DNA of 59,208 bases, taken from assembly GCA_020028455.1 (NCBI GenBank), contig JAHZOA010000001.1:1-59208 (forward strand), read 5' to 3'. The DNA comes from Armatimonadota bacterium. GTDB lineage: Bacteria > Sysuimicrobiota > Sysuimicrobiia > Sysuimicrobiales > Kaftiobacteriaceae. Made by a program: the position numbers and the translations under genes. A model generated the notes under the pieces. The model worked only from the letters and a program-made list of their open reading frames with translations. It made no database searches and had not been told where the DNA came from. Numbering within the stretch: the first letter of the stretch is position 1; each line of letters starts with the position of its first letter. Positions 45,647 through 55,457 of this stretch are shown here, piece by piece.

Positions 45647-45674
45647 GTCAGTTCACGTCGAGGGAGTGAGAAAG

Positions 45675-46652
45675 ATGCAGCAGCTGAAGACCGACATTAC
45701 GATCCGCAAGTTCGAAGAACGTGACTACGCGGGTGTGGTCGCGGTCGGCAACGCCATCTTCCCGGACCGCCCAGGGACAGTCGAGGAGTGGCGCTATGAC
45801 GATGAGCACTACGATAAGAAGTGCGTCAACGAGCGCTACGTCGCCGAAGATCGGTCGTCCGGGACCACCCTCGGCTACGCCGGACTGTGGCACATGGCGT
45901 GGTCGTTTCATCCCAGGAAGTTCGGTATGGAGATCCGAGTGCACCCCGATCACCAGCGGAACGGCATCGGGTCGGCGCTATGGCTGCGCCTGCAAGAGGT
46001 ACTCCGCGACCATCAGGCGATCGACGTGAAAACGCAAATCTGGGAGAAGATGCCCTCAGTGATCGCGTTCGCCACAAGGCATGGATTCCACGAGGTGATG
46101 CGGGCGTGGGAATCACGGCTGGAGGTCGGAACGTTCGACTTCAAGCGATTCATCCCTCATGTCCACCAGGCGCTCGCGAGTGGGGTCACGATCACCACGC
46201 TCACGGCTGAGCGGGTAAGAGACGCCCAGAACCTGAAGCGGATTCATGCCGTGGACGTCGAGCTCTCCGCGGATGTGCCACGGCCGCCTGACGAGACCAG
46301 AACGCCGATCGACTTCAACATGTGGCACGATTACACCGTGGAAGGGCCATGGTCGATCGGTGATGCGTACTTCCTTGCGGTCGTTGATGGCGAGTACGCG
46401 GGCTTGAGCAATCTCTTCAAGCTCAAGACCGGCGACTGGCTCAATCAGGGCTTAACCGGCGTACGCCGGCCATACCGGGGACGCCACCTCGCCACGGCGT
46501 TGAAGGTGAAGACGGTCGAGTATGCCCGCGACCACGGCATCCGCGAGATCCGGACGTTTAACGAGATCAACAACGCGCCGATGCTGGCGATCAACGTGAA
46601 GTTTGGATTCGTGCGCCAGCCGGCGTGGATCACGTTCATGAAAGAGTTCTAA
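45675..46652 (+). CDS. Tandem-GNAT N-acetyltransferase
   Basis: Start trimmed to ATG 45675 (GAGGGAG 8 nt upstream). Two acetyl-CoA motifs: HQRNGIGSALW and YRGRHLATAL. Confidence 0.8.
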   Translation: MQQLKTDITIRKFEERDYAGVVAVGNAIFPDRPGTVEEWRYDDEHYDKKCVNERYVAEDRSSGTTLGYAGLWHMAWSFHPRKFGMEIRVHPDHQRNGIGSALWLRLQEVLRDHQAIDVKTQIWEKMPSVIAFATRHGFHEVMRAWESRLEVGTFDFKRFIPHVHQALASGVTITTLTAERVRDAQNLKRIHAVDVELSADVPRPPDETRTPIDFNMWHDYTVEGPWSIGDAYFLAVVDGEYAGLSNLFKLKTGDWLNQGLTGVRRPYRGRHLATALKVKTVEYARDHGIREIRTFNEINNAPMLAINVKFGFVRQPAWITFMKEF

Positions 46653-46735
46653 GGGGAATGTCAGCCGGCTTGGGTCGAGTTCCAAAAGACGCTGCCGTAA
46701 ATGACTTTGCGCAGGTGCGGCGAAGGGAATCGCCC

Positions 46736-47851
46736 ATGACGTTGCCGATCATCGATCTTCAGGACTCCGCCTACGACGGCGGCGTGCAGCATGGAAGCGC
46801 TGTCGCGGACCTCATCGGTCGGAACCTGGAAGTCTACTACGACCGGTTCCAGCGCGAAACACGTCTCCCACCCCAGGAAGTCCGAGACCGCGCAATGCGC
46901 TATCTGGCGGTGATCGACGCGCGCGACCCTGAATATGGGCAGGCCATGCGCGGCGTAAGCGACGGCGCGAGGCTTCCGCTGCCCGACGTTGCGGTCCTCA
47001 ACGCGCGCTATGAGATTCTCTACAGCCAGTATTCAACGATCAACCAGGGCGAAGAAGCGACGCTGATGGTGGATGGGTGCACGGCATTTGCGGTCACCCC
47101 CGACGCGTCTTCAGACGGCCGTCTCTACCTCGGACAGAACTGGGACTGGTTCCCACAGGTGCAGGGCGTGGTTGTGCGGATGCACCGGTCAGATGGCTTC
47201 GCACTGGCGGCGTTCACGGAAGCGGGGATTGTCGGCGGCAAGATCGGCATGAACTCGCGCGGGATCGGGCTCCTCATCAACGGGCTGCTCAGCAACAAGG
47301 ACGATTGGCGCCGGCTGCGCACGCCGTTTCACGTGCGGACATGGCAGATCTTACAGGCGCAGACCCTCGACGAAGCCGCAAGTGTTATCACCCGCGAAAG
47401 CCGGTCCTGCTCGGCAAACTTCCTCCTCGGCCAGGCCAATGGAACGGCGCGGGTGATGAACATCGAGGCCGCGCCCGATGCCGTGTGCACGTTGCAGCCC
47501 AGCGGCGGAACGCTGGCGCATGCGAACCACTTCGTGGATCCTGACGCGCTTCAAGTCTGGCAGCCGCTTGCCGAGGATCGGACCACAACGTATCAGCGCG
47601 GCGCGCGGATGCATGAGCTCCTCGAGGCAGGAAAGGCGTCCGGAAAGCTCGGCACCGCCGGTCTCCTGGAGATCTTGCGCGATCATGGGGGCCATCCGGA
47701 TTCCGTCTGCCGGCATCCCAATCCTCGACTGCCTGAGGAGCAGCGGGTCAAGACGGTCGTGTCGGTGCTCGAAGATCTGACTGCGCGGCGGTTCTATGTC
47801 GCAGGAGGAACTCCGTGCGTCACGCCGTTTCAGGAGATCACGCTTCCGTAG
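46736..47851 (+). CDS. C45 family autoproteolytic acyltransferase/hydrolase (acyl-CoA:6-APA acyltransferase-like)
   Basis: Start trimmed to ATG 46736. DGCTAFAV nucleophile motif and NWDW motif. Confidence 0.8.
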   Translation: MTLPIIDLQDSAYDGGVQHGSAVADLIGRNLEVYYDRFQRETRLPPQEVRDRAMRYLAVIDARDPEYGQAMRGVSDGARLPLPDVAVLNARYEILYSQYSTINQGEEATLMVDGCTAFAVTPDASSDGRLYLGQNWDWFPQVQGVVVRMHRSDGFALAAFTEAGIVGGKIGMNSRGIGLLINGLLSNKDDWRRLRTPFHVRTWQILQAQTLDEAASVITRESRSCSANFLLGQANGTARVMNIEAAPDAVCTLQPSGGTLAHANHFVDPDALQVWQPLAEDRTTTYQRGARMHELLEAGKASGKLGTAGLLEILRDHGGHPDSVCRHPNPRLPEEQRVKTVVSVLEDLTARRFYVAGGTPCVTPFQEITLP

Positions 47852-47857
47852 TCTCGT

Positions 47858-48613
47858 GTGGAACCAGAAATAGCACCTAACATCGCGTTCGCGATCGTCC
47901 TCCTGGTCATTGCGTTCGCGGCAGCGGTCAAGGGCGCGCTCGGCTTCGGCTTTCCACTGATCGCAGTCCCTATCTCTGCCAACTTGATCGGCGCACGCAC
48001 GGCGGTTGTGTTGATCGCCGTGTCAGTCGTTTTTGGGAATCTCATCATCCTGCTGCGCGGCGGTGGACGCCTGGCGGACACGCGGCGGTTCGCAGGACTG
48101 CTCATCGGGGTGGTCATTGGCACGGTGATCGGCGCGTTAGCACTCGATCGCCTCGATCCCGGCACGCTTGCGCTGGTCGTCGGAATTACCTCGCTTCTAT
48201 TTGCCGCGCTTGGACTGTTGAATATCGCTCCCGAGATCTCACCACGCGCGCAGTCGTACACTGGACCAAGCGTGGGACTGGCCTCGGGGATCATGGGGGG
48301 CACGACGGGCATTTTCGCGCCGCTCATCGCCGCGTACATGCACTCGCTGCGACTGGATAAACGGGGATTCGTCTTTTGGCTCACGGTTTCGTTTCTCGTT
48401 GGCGGACTGGCGCAGACGCTGAGTTACTACAGGCTCGGGTTGTATTCCGGAACGATGCTGCTCTATGCGGCGGCGACCTTCATTCCGATCATTATCGGAA
48501 CCCAGGTGGGATTCCTGATTCAGGATCGACTGCCGGCGGAGACGTTCCGCCGCCTCGTTCTTCTGCTCGTCCTCGCGAGCGGGCTGAACCTCGTGATCCG
48601 GCAACTGTTTTAG
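47858..48613 (+). CDS. TauE/SafE family sulfite/anion exporter
   Basis: 251 aa, about 8 TM. N-terminal AAAVKGALGFGFPLIAVP is typical of the family. Confidence 0.85.
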   Translation: MEPEIAPNIAFAIVLLVIAFAAAVKGALGFGFPLIAVPISANLIGARTAVVLIAVSVVFGNLIILLRGGGRLADTRRFAGLLIGVVIGTVIGALALDRLDPGTLALVVGITSLLFAALGLLNIAPEISPRAQSYTGPSVGLASGIMGGTTGIFAPLIAAYMHSLRLDKRGFVFWLTVSFLVGGLAQTLSYYRLGLYSGTMLLYAAATFIPIIIGTQVGFLIQDRLPAETFRRLVLLLVLASGLNLVIRQLF

Positions 48614-48634
48614 CCCCGGGGCCGCGCTTCTTGG

Positions 48635-49615
48635 TCAGATGGGGATGACTCGACCAGATCGGGCCGACTCGCGCAACGCATCGATCGCGCGCATGTTGGC
48701 CACGGCGTCTTCGGCGGGGTAGCGTGGAGTCCGGTTCTGGTGTACGCACTCGGCGAAGTGGTCGACCATCAGAACGTACTGGTTCGCTCCAGGTATCTCC
48801 AAACGGCGCTCCTGGTCTCCTCGACGGACCAGGACCGTCGGGGGGCGCTCTTCAGGCTGGAACGGTCGCTCGAGAAAGATCGAGCCCGATACACCCACGA
48901 CTTCGCAGAACTGCCTGAATGGCGCCCGGAGCCCGCAGTCAAACTCTGCGACGCGGTCGCCATCGAAGCGCAAGATCCCGGCCAGCCGGACATCGACGCC
49001 CTCGATGTGAGCCGCGGCGTAGGCCGCGTGCGGCTCACCCAACAGCAGGCGGCTGATGTTCACGCAGTAGCACCCAACATCTATGACGCCTCCACCGCCG
49101 AGACTGGGATTCAGACGGATGTCGTCGGCACTGGTCACGGTGAACGTAAAGGCCGAGCGCACGAGCCACGGCGGGCCGATTTCCCCTGCAGCCACCAGCG
49201 CCTGCACGGCCTCGATCTGCGGATGGAAACGGTGCATGAATGCTTCCTGGAGGAGCACGCCGCGCTCGCGGCACGCTTGGACCATCTCTTGCGCCTCTTC
49301 AGCACTGGTCGCGAGCGGTTTTTCGCACAGCACGTGTTTGCCGGCCTCTGCGCTGCGCAGAGTCCACTGGTGGTGAAGACTATTGGGGAGGGGGATGTAC
49401 ACGGCGTCGATGTCATGATTGGCGAGCAGCGCGTCGTAGGATCCATGGATGGTCGGGATCGAGAACTGCCGCGCGACGTCCTCCGCGCGCGCGCGGTCAC
49501 GGCTGGCGATCGCGACGACGGCCGACCGCTCGCTGCGCTGGAGGGCGGGGAGGACCCGTCGTACCGCGATCCGCGCGGCACCGAGGATGCCCCAGCGGAG
49601 ACGGCCGTCCGTCAT
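48635..49615 (-). CDS. Gfo/Idh/MocA family oxidoreductase
   Basis: Start trimmed to ATG 49615 (MTDGRLRWGILGAARIA Rossmann motif) with EKPLA motif. ATGA-type overlap with exoD-like stop. Confidence 0.9.
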   Translation of the reverse strand: MTDGRLRWGILGAARIAVRRVLPALQRSERSAVVAIASRDRARAEDVARQFSIPTIHGSYDALLANHDIDAVYIPLPNSLHHQWTLRSAEAGKHVLCEKPLATSAEEAQEMVQACRERGVLLQEAFMHRFHPQIEAVQALVAAGEIGPPWLVRSAFTFTVTSADDIRLNPSLGGGGVIDVGCYCVNISRLLLGEPHAAYAAAHIEGVDVRLAGILRFDGDRVAEFDCGLRAPFRQFCEVVGVSGSIFLERPFQPEERPPTVLVRRGDQERRLEIPGANQYVLMVDHFAECVHQNRTPRYPAEDAVANMRAIDALRESARSGRVIPI

Positions 49616-50229
49616 CGCCGCCGCAGCCATTTGAGCAGATCATTAAACAGACCGAAGAGGATGCCTCCGCCGAATGCGATGATGGCTGCGACGGTCACGG
49701 CAAGCAGCACGCCGATAAGCAGAAACAGGCCGTCACGGTTCAGCAAGCCGACCCCGAGAAACATCGCGGAGAGCGCTGGAAGGGTATTGAGGAAGGGGAT
49801 CGGGCTGACGAGGATGACGCCCAGTACGAGCAGGACCACCGCCACAAGCCGCAGCACGATCCGCTCATCAAGCATCATCGCGCGCGGCCGCGAGAACCGC
49901 TCGATGCGACGGAGAAACGGCACGCCGCGAGTGCGCAATCCCGTCACGACCCGGTCACTGAGGCGGTACTTGCGCATCCCTTTCGGAAGCCACGGTCGGT
50001 CGAGGCCGATTAGCATCTGGATGGCGAGAAGGGTATACAGCAGTCCGATGACGGCGGCGGATCCCCACGGCAGCACAGGAATCAGGGTTGGCAGCGCGAG
50101 CACGATCATAAAGAGGCCGAAGCCGCGCCGGGCGACCCGGTCGGTGATCTCGCCGACGGTCAAGGGGGGCTGGTCCTCGCGCAGCAACTCCTCGAGGATG
50201 TTGGAAAGGGGTTTGACCGGCTCAATCAT
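49612..50229 (-). CDS. ExoD family exopolysaccharide synthesis membrane protein
   Basis: Start trimmed to ATG 50229 (MIEPVKPLSNILEELL). GFGLFMIVLALPTLIPVLPWGSA is typical of ExoD. Confidence 0.8.
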   Translation of the reverse strand: MIEPVKPLSNILEELLREDQPPLTVGEITDRVARRGFGLFMIVLALPTLIPVLPWGSAAVIGLLYTLLAIQMLIGLDRPWLPKGMRKYRLSDRVVTGLRTRGVPFLRRIERFSRPRAMMLDERIVLRLVAVVLLVLGVILVSPIPFLNTLPALSAMFLGVGLLNRDGLFLLIGVLLAVTVAAIIAFGGGILFGLFNDLLKWLRRR

Positions 50230-50411
50230 CAAGATGGGCGAACAACGCCTAGGGTGATTTCGCCGATGACGGAGAGGAGGCCTGTCCGGTAAAGGAGCGG
50301 GCAGGTTCGTAAGGCGACCACAAATTTTGCCGCGGAGCGGCCGGCGGCGCACAGAGGCCGAGCCATAGCGAGGCCGGGGAATTTCGCTTGGTGCTTCAAT
50401 AGGGTGAGGAC

Positions 50412-51179
50412 GTGAACGCGTTCGAAATCTACCTTGACTCCGCGGCCTCCGGCCGGGTGATGGCGCACCTGCTCGAGCCGCCGGGCCTGGGCGTGCGCTT
50501 TGAGTCACGGGCGGCGATGCGCGCGAGGCTTCCCCGAGCGATTGCCGCGCACCTGGCCTGGCTGAGAAGCCACGGTGAGCCGGTTCCACCGGTGCGTCCG
50601 GATAGGTTTCAGATCGCATCTGAGGTCTTCGTGACGGGCAACTTCGAGTCGGGTGACGACGTTGGATTTTATCCAGCCGACGCGGTTCCCGTAATTGAGG
50701 GCGAGGTCGATCGGTACCTCAAGTTCGCGGGTTTCGCGCACGACGACCTGTTCCGACTGGTTCAAGGACTGAGCGACGCGGTGCTCGACTGGACGCGCGA
50801 TCAACGTGTCCGGCCGATCCGTCAAATTCTTCGTCATGTGGTTGAGGCTGAACTCTGGTACATGACGCGCATCATCGACGATCCAGGTACGCACGGCATG
50901 CCGGGGATCCTGGATGAGGCTACCCGGTACATCGATGCGACCGAGGATATGGTAGAGCGGCTGCGCATCGTGTGGCCTGCATTTCAGCAGTGGGCACGCA
51001 GCCTGCCTCCCGACCTGCGGCGCAGGGTGACAGTGTCGGCTTGGTTCACGGAACGGAAAGACGAGCGATGGTCCGCCCGCAAAATGCTCCGGCGCTGTAT
51101 CGAGCATTGCCGCGAACACACGCGGACCGTTGAGCAGATCCTCGCTGCGTACCGCTCCACCGCCTCGCCGACTTCCTGA
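50412..51179 (+). CDS. DinB-superfamily protein with N-terminal HicB-like/UPF0150-like domain
   Basis: 255 aa, GTG start. Four-helix DinB-like pattern with RQILRHVVEAELWY and CIEHCREH. Confidence 0.5.
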   Translation: MNAFEIYLDSAASGRVMAHLLEPPGLGVRFESRAAMRARLPRAIAAHLAWLRSHGEPVPPVRPDRFQIASEVFVTGNFESGDDVGFYPADAVPVIEGEVDRYLKFAGFAHDDLFRLVQGLSDAVLDWTRDQRVRPIRQILRHVVEAELWYMTRIIDDPGTHGMPGILDEATRYIDATEDMVERLRIVWPAFQQWARSLPPDLRRRVTVSAWFTERKDERWSARKMLRRCIEHCREHTRTVEQILAAYRSTASPTS

Positions 51180-51221
51180 CAGGAAACCAATCCTGTCTGG
51201 CCAAGGTATTCAACAATTCCC

Positions 51222-52025
51222 TTGGAACCCGTCATCGTCGCGCGGGATGTCTACAAAGTATTCGTGGCGCAGGGCGATCGTGACCGCCGTCGCGCCTTTC
51301 TTGCGCTCCAGGACGTCAGCCTCGCCATCGGCGCCGGCCGTTTCGTTAGCTTCGTCGGACCTTCGGGCTGCGGGAAGTCGACACTGCTCAACATGGTGGC
51401 GGGGCTCGTGCGGCCGACGGAAGGAGAGATCCGCTACAAGGGGACGCCGGTCGCCGGAGTCAACACGGACGTCGGCTACATCACGCAGGACGACAACCTC
51501 CTGCCCTGGCGGACCCTCCGCGAGAACGTCGAGCTGGCCCTCGAATTCCGGGGTGTTCCGCGGACCACGCGCCGTGAGCTTTCAACAAAATACATCCGGA
51601 TGGTCGGCCTGACGGGGTTCGACCATCACTATCCGCATGAGCTCTCCGGCGGCATGCGCAAGCGCGTGTCGCTGATTCGAACTCTCATCTACGACCCCGA
51701 TATCATCCTCATGGACGAGCCCTTTGGACCACTCGATGCGCAGACGCGCGTGATCTTGCAGGATGAGTTACTCAAACTGTGGGAAGGGACCGGCAAGACC
51801 GTCGTGTTTGTCACGCACGATCTCGTCGAGGCCATTGCGCTATCCGACGAGATCGCGCTCTTCAGCCGGGCGCCGGGCAAGATCAAACACGTCTATGAGG
51901 TGCCACTGGAACGCCCTCGGGACGTGTTCCGAATCCACGCGCACCCGAACTTCCCCGCCTTCTACGACCGCCTGTGGCGCGATCTCAAGGAAGAGATCGT
52001 CGCGGTCGAGTTGGGTGTGGGTTAG
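51222..52025 (+). CDS. NitT/TauT-family ABC transporter ATP-binding protein
   Basis: Walker A GPSGCGKST, signature LSGGMRKR, Walker B ILMDEPFG. Start (TTG) uncertain. Confidence 0.9.
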   Translation: MEPVIVARDVYKVFVAQGDRDRRRAFLALQDVSLAIGAGRFVSFVGPSGCGKSTLLNMVAGLVRPTEGEIRYKGTPVAGVNTDVGYITQDDNLLPWRTLRENVELALEFRGVPRTTRRELSTKYIRMVGLTGFDHHYPHELSGGMRKRVSLIRTLIYDPDIILMDEPFGPLDAQTRVILQDELLKLWEGTGKTVVFVTHDLVEAIALSDEIALFSRAPGKIKHVYEVPLERPRDVFRIHAHPNFPAFYDRLWRDLKEEIVAVELGVG

Positions 52026-52027
52026 CC

Positions 52028-52903
52028 ATGGGTGTGCGCGAGGCCGCAGCGCCGGCGCGACTCCACGAACCCCGTGGGGATCGGCTCCTTCGGGAAGTCG
52101 AGCAGTTTGAGCAAGCGCTTGACCATCAGAACCGGCGGAATACCACACTAGGACGCCTCGCGTTCGCCGCCGCGTTCTTGCTCCTCTGGGAAGTCGCCTC
52201 CGGCCGCGTCCTCGACCAATTCTTTGTCAGTAAGCCCAGCCATATCATCGCAGCGCTTTGGGCGATGGTCTTCAAAGAACAGCTCTTTTATCATCTCCAG
52301 TTCACGATTATCGAGGCGTTGACGGGGTATCTCATTGGCGCTGTCGCCGGTCTTGCCGTGGGATTTGTGCTCGCACGCTCCGACGCAGTCTACCGCATCG
52401 TCGAGCCGTTTGTGGTGGCCTTTTACGGGATTCCCCGCATCGCGCTGGCGCCGCTGTTCATCTTGTGGTTCGGACTCGGCATTACGTCTAAGATCGCCGT
52501 CGCCGCCATCATGGTGTTCTTTATCGTGTTCATCAATACGGTTGCGGGGATCCGGTCCGCGCCGGTCCAGCTGCTGCAGGTCTCGCGGGTGATGGGCGCC
52601 TCCCACTGGGACCTGGTCCGGAAAGTGACCTTCCCGGCTGCCACGCCGTTCATCATCGCCGCGCTCCAGATTACCGTGCCGCAGGCGATGATCGGGGCGA
52701 TCGTGGGGGAATTTATCAGCAGTAACCGGGGTGTCGGTCACCTCATCAGCCGCGCCGCCGGTTGGCTCGATACTCCCGGCCTGTTTGCCGGGATTCTCAC
52801 GCTGCTGGTCGTCGTGCTCGTCATGAACCTGGGCATCACGTCGCTCGGGAACTATTTGATGCGCTGGAATCCGAAGCGGAGCAACATGCGAGATCTTCAA
52901 TGA
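52028..52903 (+). CDS. NitT/TauT-family ABC transporter permease
   Basis: Start trimmed to ATG 52028, just after the ATPase stop. Multi-TM BPD-type permease. Confidence 0.85.
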   Translation: MGVREAAAPARLHEPRGDRLLREVEQFEQALDHQNRRNTTLGRLAFAAAFLLLWEVASGRVLDQFFVSKPSHIIAALWAMVFKEQLFYHLQFTIIEALTGYLIGAVAGLAVGFVLARSDAVYRIVEPFVVAFYGIPRIALAPLFILWFGLGITSKIAVAAIMVFFIVFINTVAGIRSAPVQLLQVSRVMGASHWDLVRKVTFPAATPFIIAALQITVPQAMIGAIVGEFISSNRGVGHLISRAAGWLDTPGLFAGILTLLVVVLVMNLGITSLGNYLMRWNPKRSNMRDLQ

Positions 52904-52921
52904 GATACGGGTGAGGAGGGG

Positions 52922-53953
52922 ATGACAGGAATGAGCGCGCGTTGGTGGGCACGGGTCGTCCTGGTGATTGCCGCGGTCATGCTCGCCGTCTCAGGCGGCG
53001 CCATGGCGCAGACGCCGAGGGTGAAGATCAGAGAGGCACATACGGGCACGCTGTTCATGGCCCCGGTGTACATCGCCGAAGCCGCGGGGTTCATGGTGGA
53101 AGAAGGGATTGATCTCGAGCTCATTGAGGTCGAGAGCGGCGCGCTCGGCATCGCCGCGCTGGTCTCAGGCCAGGTCGAGTTCTTCGACGCCGATCCGTTC
53201 CAGGCGGTACAGCTGCGCCGCCAGGGCAGGCAGATCACATTCGTCTACAACCTGACCAAGCGCGTGACACTCGACATGGTCATGCATCCCGAAGTGGCCC
53301 GCGCAAAAGGCGTCAGCCGAAGCATGCCGATCCAGCAGCGTTTCGCGGCGCTGCGCGGATTGAAGCTTGGAGTCACGCGGCCGGGCGCGGCGACCGACGT
53401 GTACATGCGGTACTACCTCAAGCGCGCCGGGATGAATCCGGATCGCGATGTCCAGATTATAGCCGTCGGCGGAGGCGGACCGCTGCTGGCGGCGCTGCGC
53501 ACCCGGCAGATCGACGCCTTTCATCTGTCCGCGCCGACCCCGTACCAGGCGGAGCAGGACGGATTCGGGGTGATCGTAATCAAGGCGTCCGCCGGGGACG
53601 TCCCTGAGTTGGACAACTTCCTCTATACCGGTATCGCCGTGCATAACGTCTATGCCACCCGAAACCCAGACGTGGTGCGTCGGTGGATCCGCGCCGTGAA
53701 CAAAGCCAATCAGCTCATGCGCCGGGATCAGGCCGCGGCAGTGACGCATCTGCGGAAGCACTTTCCGCGCGTGGATCCGGCCTTGCTGACACTGGCGCTG
53801 CGCGAGATCATCCCCTCGCTGTCCGAGGATGGACGGATGAACGTGCAGATGATGCAGAAGCACATCGACTTCATGTTTGAGGACGGTCAGATTCCATTCA
53901 AGCCGTCGGCGAGCGAGAATGTCCTCTGGACAAACCGGTTTATCGGGAGGTAA
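52922..53953 (+). CDS. NMT1/THI5-like ABC substrate-binding protein (NitT/TauT family)
   Basis: 343 aa with signal peptide ARVVLVIAAVMLAVSGGAMA. Periplasmic binding fold pattern. Confidence 0.8.
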   Translation: MTGMSARWWARVVLVIAAVMLAVSGGAMAQTPRVKIREAHTGTLFMAPVYIAEAAGFMVEEGIDLELIEVESGALGIAALVSGQVEFFDADPFQAVQLRRQGRQITFVYNLTKRVTLDMVMHPEVARAKGVSRSMPIQQRFAALRGLKLGVTRPGAATDVYMRYYLKRAGMNPDRDVQIIAVGGGGPLLAALRTRQIDAFHLSAPTPYQAEQDGFGVIVIKASAGDVPELDNFLYTGIAVHNVYATRNPDVVRRWIRAVNKANQLMRRDQAAAVTHLRKHFPRVDPALLTLALREIIPSLSEDGRMNVQMMQKHIDFMFEDGQIPFKPSASENVLWTNRFIGR

Positions 53954-54536
53954 CGCGCGGGTTCAGCTGATCGTACCGGTAGCATCCGATGGTGTGATCG
54001 TTGACGAGCCCGGCCGCCTGCATATAGGCGTAACAGATCGTCGGACCGACAAACTTGAAGCCGCGCTGTTTCAAGTCGCGGCTCATGGTCTCGGCCTCGG
54101 TGGTTTTCGCCGGAAGGTCTGATAGCCGCCGGTGATGGTTGAGGATGGGCCGGTCGTTCACGAACGACCAGATGTAGCGATCGAACGACCCGAACTCTTT
54201 CTGAACGTCCAGGAACCGGTGCGCGTTGACGATCGTGGCGTCGATTTTCCCGCGATTGCGGATAATGCCGGGATCGGTCATCAGGCGCCGGACCTCGCGT
54301 CCCGTAAACTCCGCAATGCGGCGGGGGTTGAAGTTCGCAAAGGCGCGCCGGAATGCGGTGCGTTTCCTGAGGACGAGATTCCAGCTCAGGCCCGCCTGGA
54401 ACGCGTCCAGGATGAGGAACTCGAAGTGTTTGCGATCGCGGTGCACCGGCACGCCCCACTCGCGGTCGTGATACCGGCGCAGCAGGGTACTGCTTTCTGC
54501 CCATTCGCATCGGCTGATTTCAGGTGCTTGCGGCAT
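53940..54536 (-). CDS. tag: DNA-3-methyladenine glycosylase I
   Basis: 198 aa with YHDREWGVPVHRDRKHFEFLILDAFQAGLSW and the C-terminal Tag pattern. Confidence 0.9.
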   Translation of the reverse strand: MPQAPEISRCEWAESSTLLRRYHDREWGVPVHRDRKHFEFLILDAFQAGLSWNLVLRKRTAFRRAFANFNPRRIAEFTGREVRRLMTDPGIIRNRGKIDATIVNAHRFLDVQKEFGSFDRYIWSFVNDRPILNHHRRLSDLPAKTTEAETMSRDLKQRGFKFVGPTICYAYMQAAGLVNDHTIGCYRYDQLNPRVTSR

Positions 54537-54566
54537 GGTTCCTCTCCCTGCCTCTCTCCATTACCT

Positions 54567-55457
54567 TCATCTTGCCGGCGCCCCGATTTGATTTCGTAGG
54601 ACCCCGATGCTTTCGACCTCGGCCTCGAGCACGTCTCCGACCTTAAGCCACCGCGGCGGATTGAAGCCCATCCCGACGCCTTCGGGTGTGCCGGTCGCGA
54701 GCAGGTCACCGCATTCCAGGGTCATGCCGGCGGACAGTGTCTCGATCAACTGCGCGACCGAGAACAGCATGCTGGCGGTCGTCGAGTTCTGCCGAACCTC
54801 CCCGTTCACACGCATCGACAGCCGCAACTTCTGCGGGTCGGGAATCTCCGAGCGGAGCACGATCCACGGTCCCATCGGGGCGAACGTGTCGAGCGACTTC
54901 CCTTTGAACCACTGTTGATGTCGGCGCTGCAGGTCGCGCGCCGTGACGTCGTTCATGATCGTATACCCGAACACGTAATCCAGCGCCTTTGCCGCGGGGA
55001 TATCGCGTCCGCGGCGGCCGATCACGGCCACCAGTTCGACCTCGTAGTCTAATGACTGCGTCACGCGATGGTGGATGACAGGCGTCTCATGGCCGATGAC
55101 TGTCGTGGGTGGCTTCGTGAAAAAGACTGGGACTTCTGGCGGCGCCACACCGCCCTCGCGCGCGTGTTCAGCGTAGTTGCGGCCCATGCAGAAGATATTC
55201 TTCGCCGGCCGTGGGATCGGGGCAAGCAGTTTCGTCTTCGACACGGGCGAACTCTCCCGCCCAGCTTTCACCCACGCGTCCGCTTCGCGCCCGAGCGCCC
55301 GCAGCGCAAGCGTCGGGGTCTCTTCGATCAGCCTGACCATATCCTTCGGCACGCTGAGCTTCTTGCGCCGCGCGAGGGTCTGCAGATCCACGATTCGATC
55401 GTTGACGACGAAACCCAGGCGCGGCTCTCCGGCGCCCTGGTACGTGGCGATTCGCAT
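54567..55457 (-). CDS. Fumarylacetoacetate hydrolase family protein
   Basis: Start trimmed to ATG 55457 (MRIATYQ, AAGGAGG upstream). YEVELVAVIG and GTPEGVG motifs. Confidence 0.9.
   Translation of the reverse strand: MRIATYQGAGEPRLGFVVNDRIVDLQTLARRKKLSVPKDMVRLIEETPTLALRALGREADAWVKAGRESSPVSKTKLLAPIPRPAKNIFCMGRNYAEHAREGGVAPPEVPVFFTKPPTTVIGHETPVIHHRVTQSLDYEVELVAVIGRRGRDIPAAKALDYVFGYTIMNDVTARDLQRRHQQWFKGKSLDTFAPMGPWIVLRSEIPDPQKLRLSMRVNGEVRQNSTTASMLFSVAQLIETLSAGMTLECGDLLATGTPEGVGMGFNPPRWLKVGDVLEAEVESIGVLRNQIGAPAR

Noticed and set aside
48740-50257. Very long (505 aa) plus-strand ORF antisense to the Gfo/Idh/MocA and ExoD genes. Similar long antisense ORFs occur at 1991-2836, 20833-21627, 24451-25269, 43024-43827, 52148-52900, 53165-53863 and 57140-57832.
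   Set aside because: The translations are Arg/Pro/Ser/Gly-rich and low in complexity, with no recognisable motifs. The opposite strand carries clear domain signatures in every case. Stop-poor antisense frames are expected in high-GC DNA.
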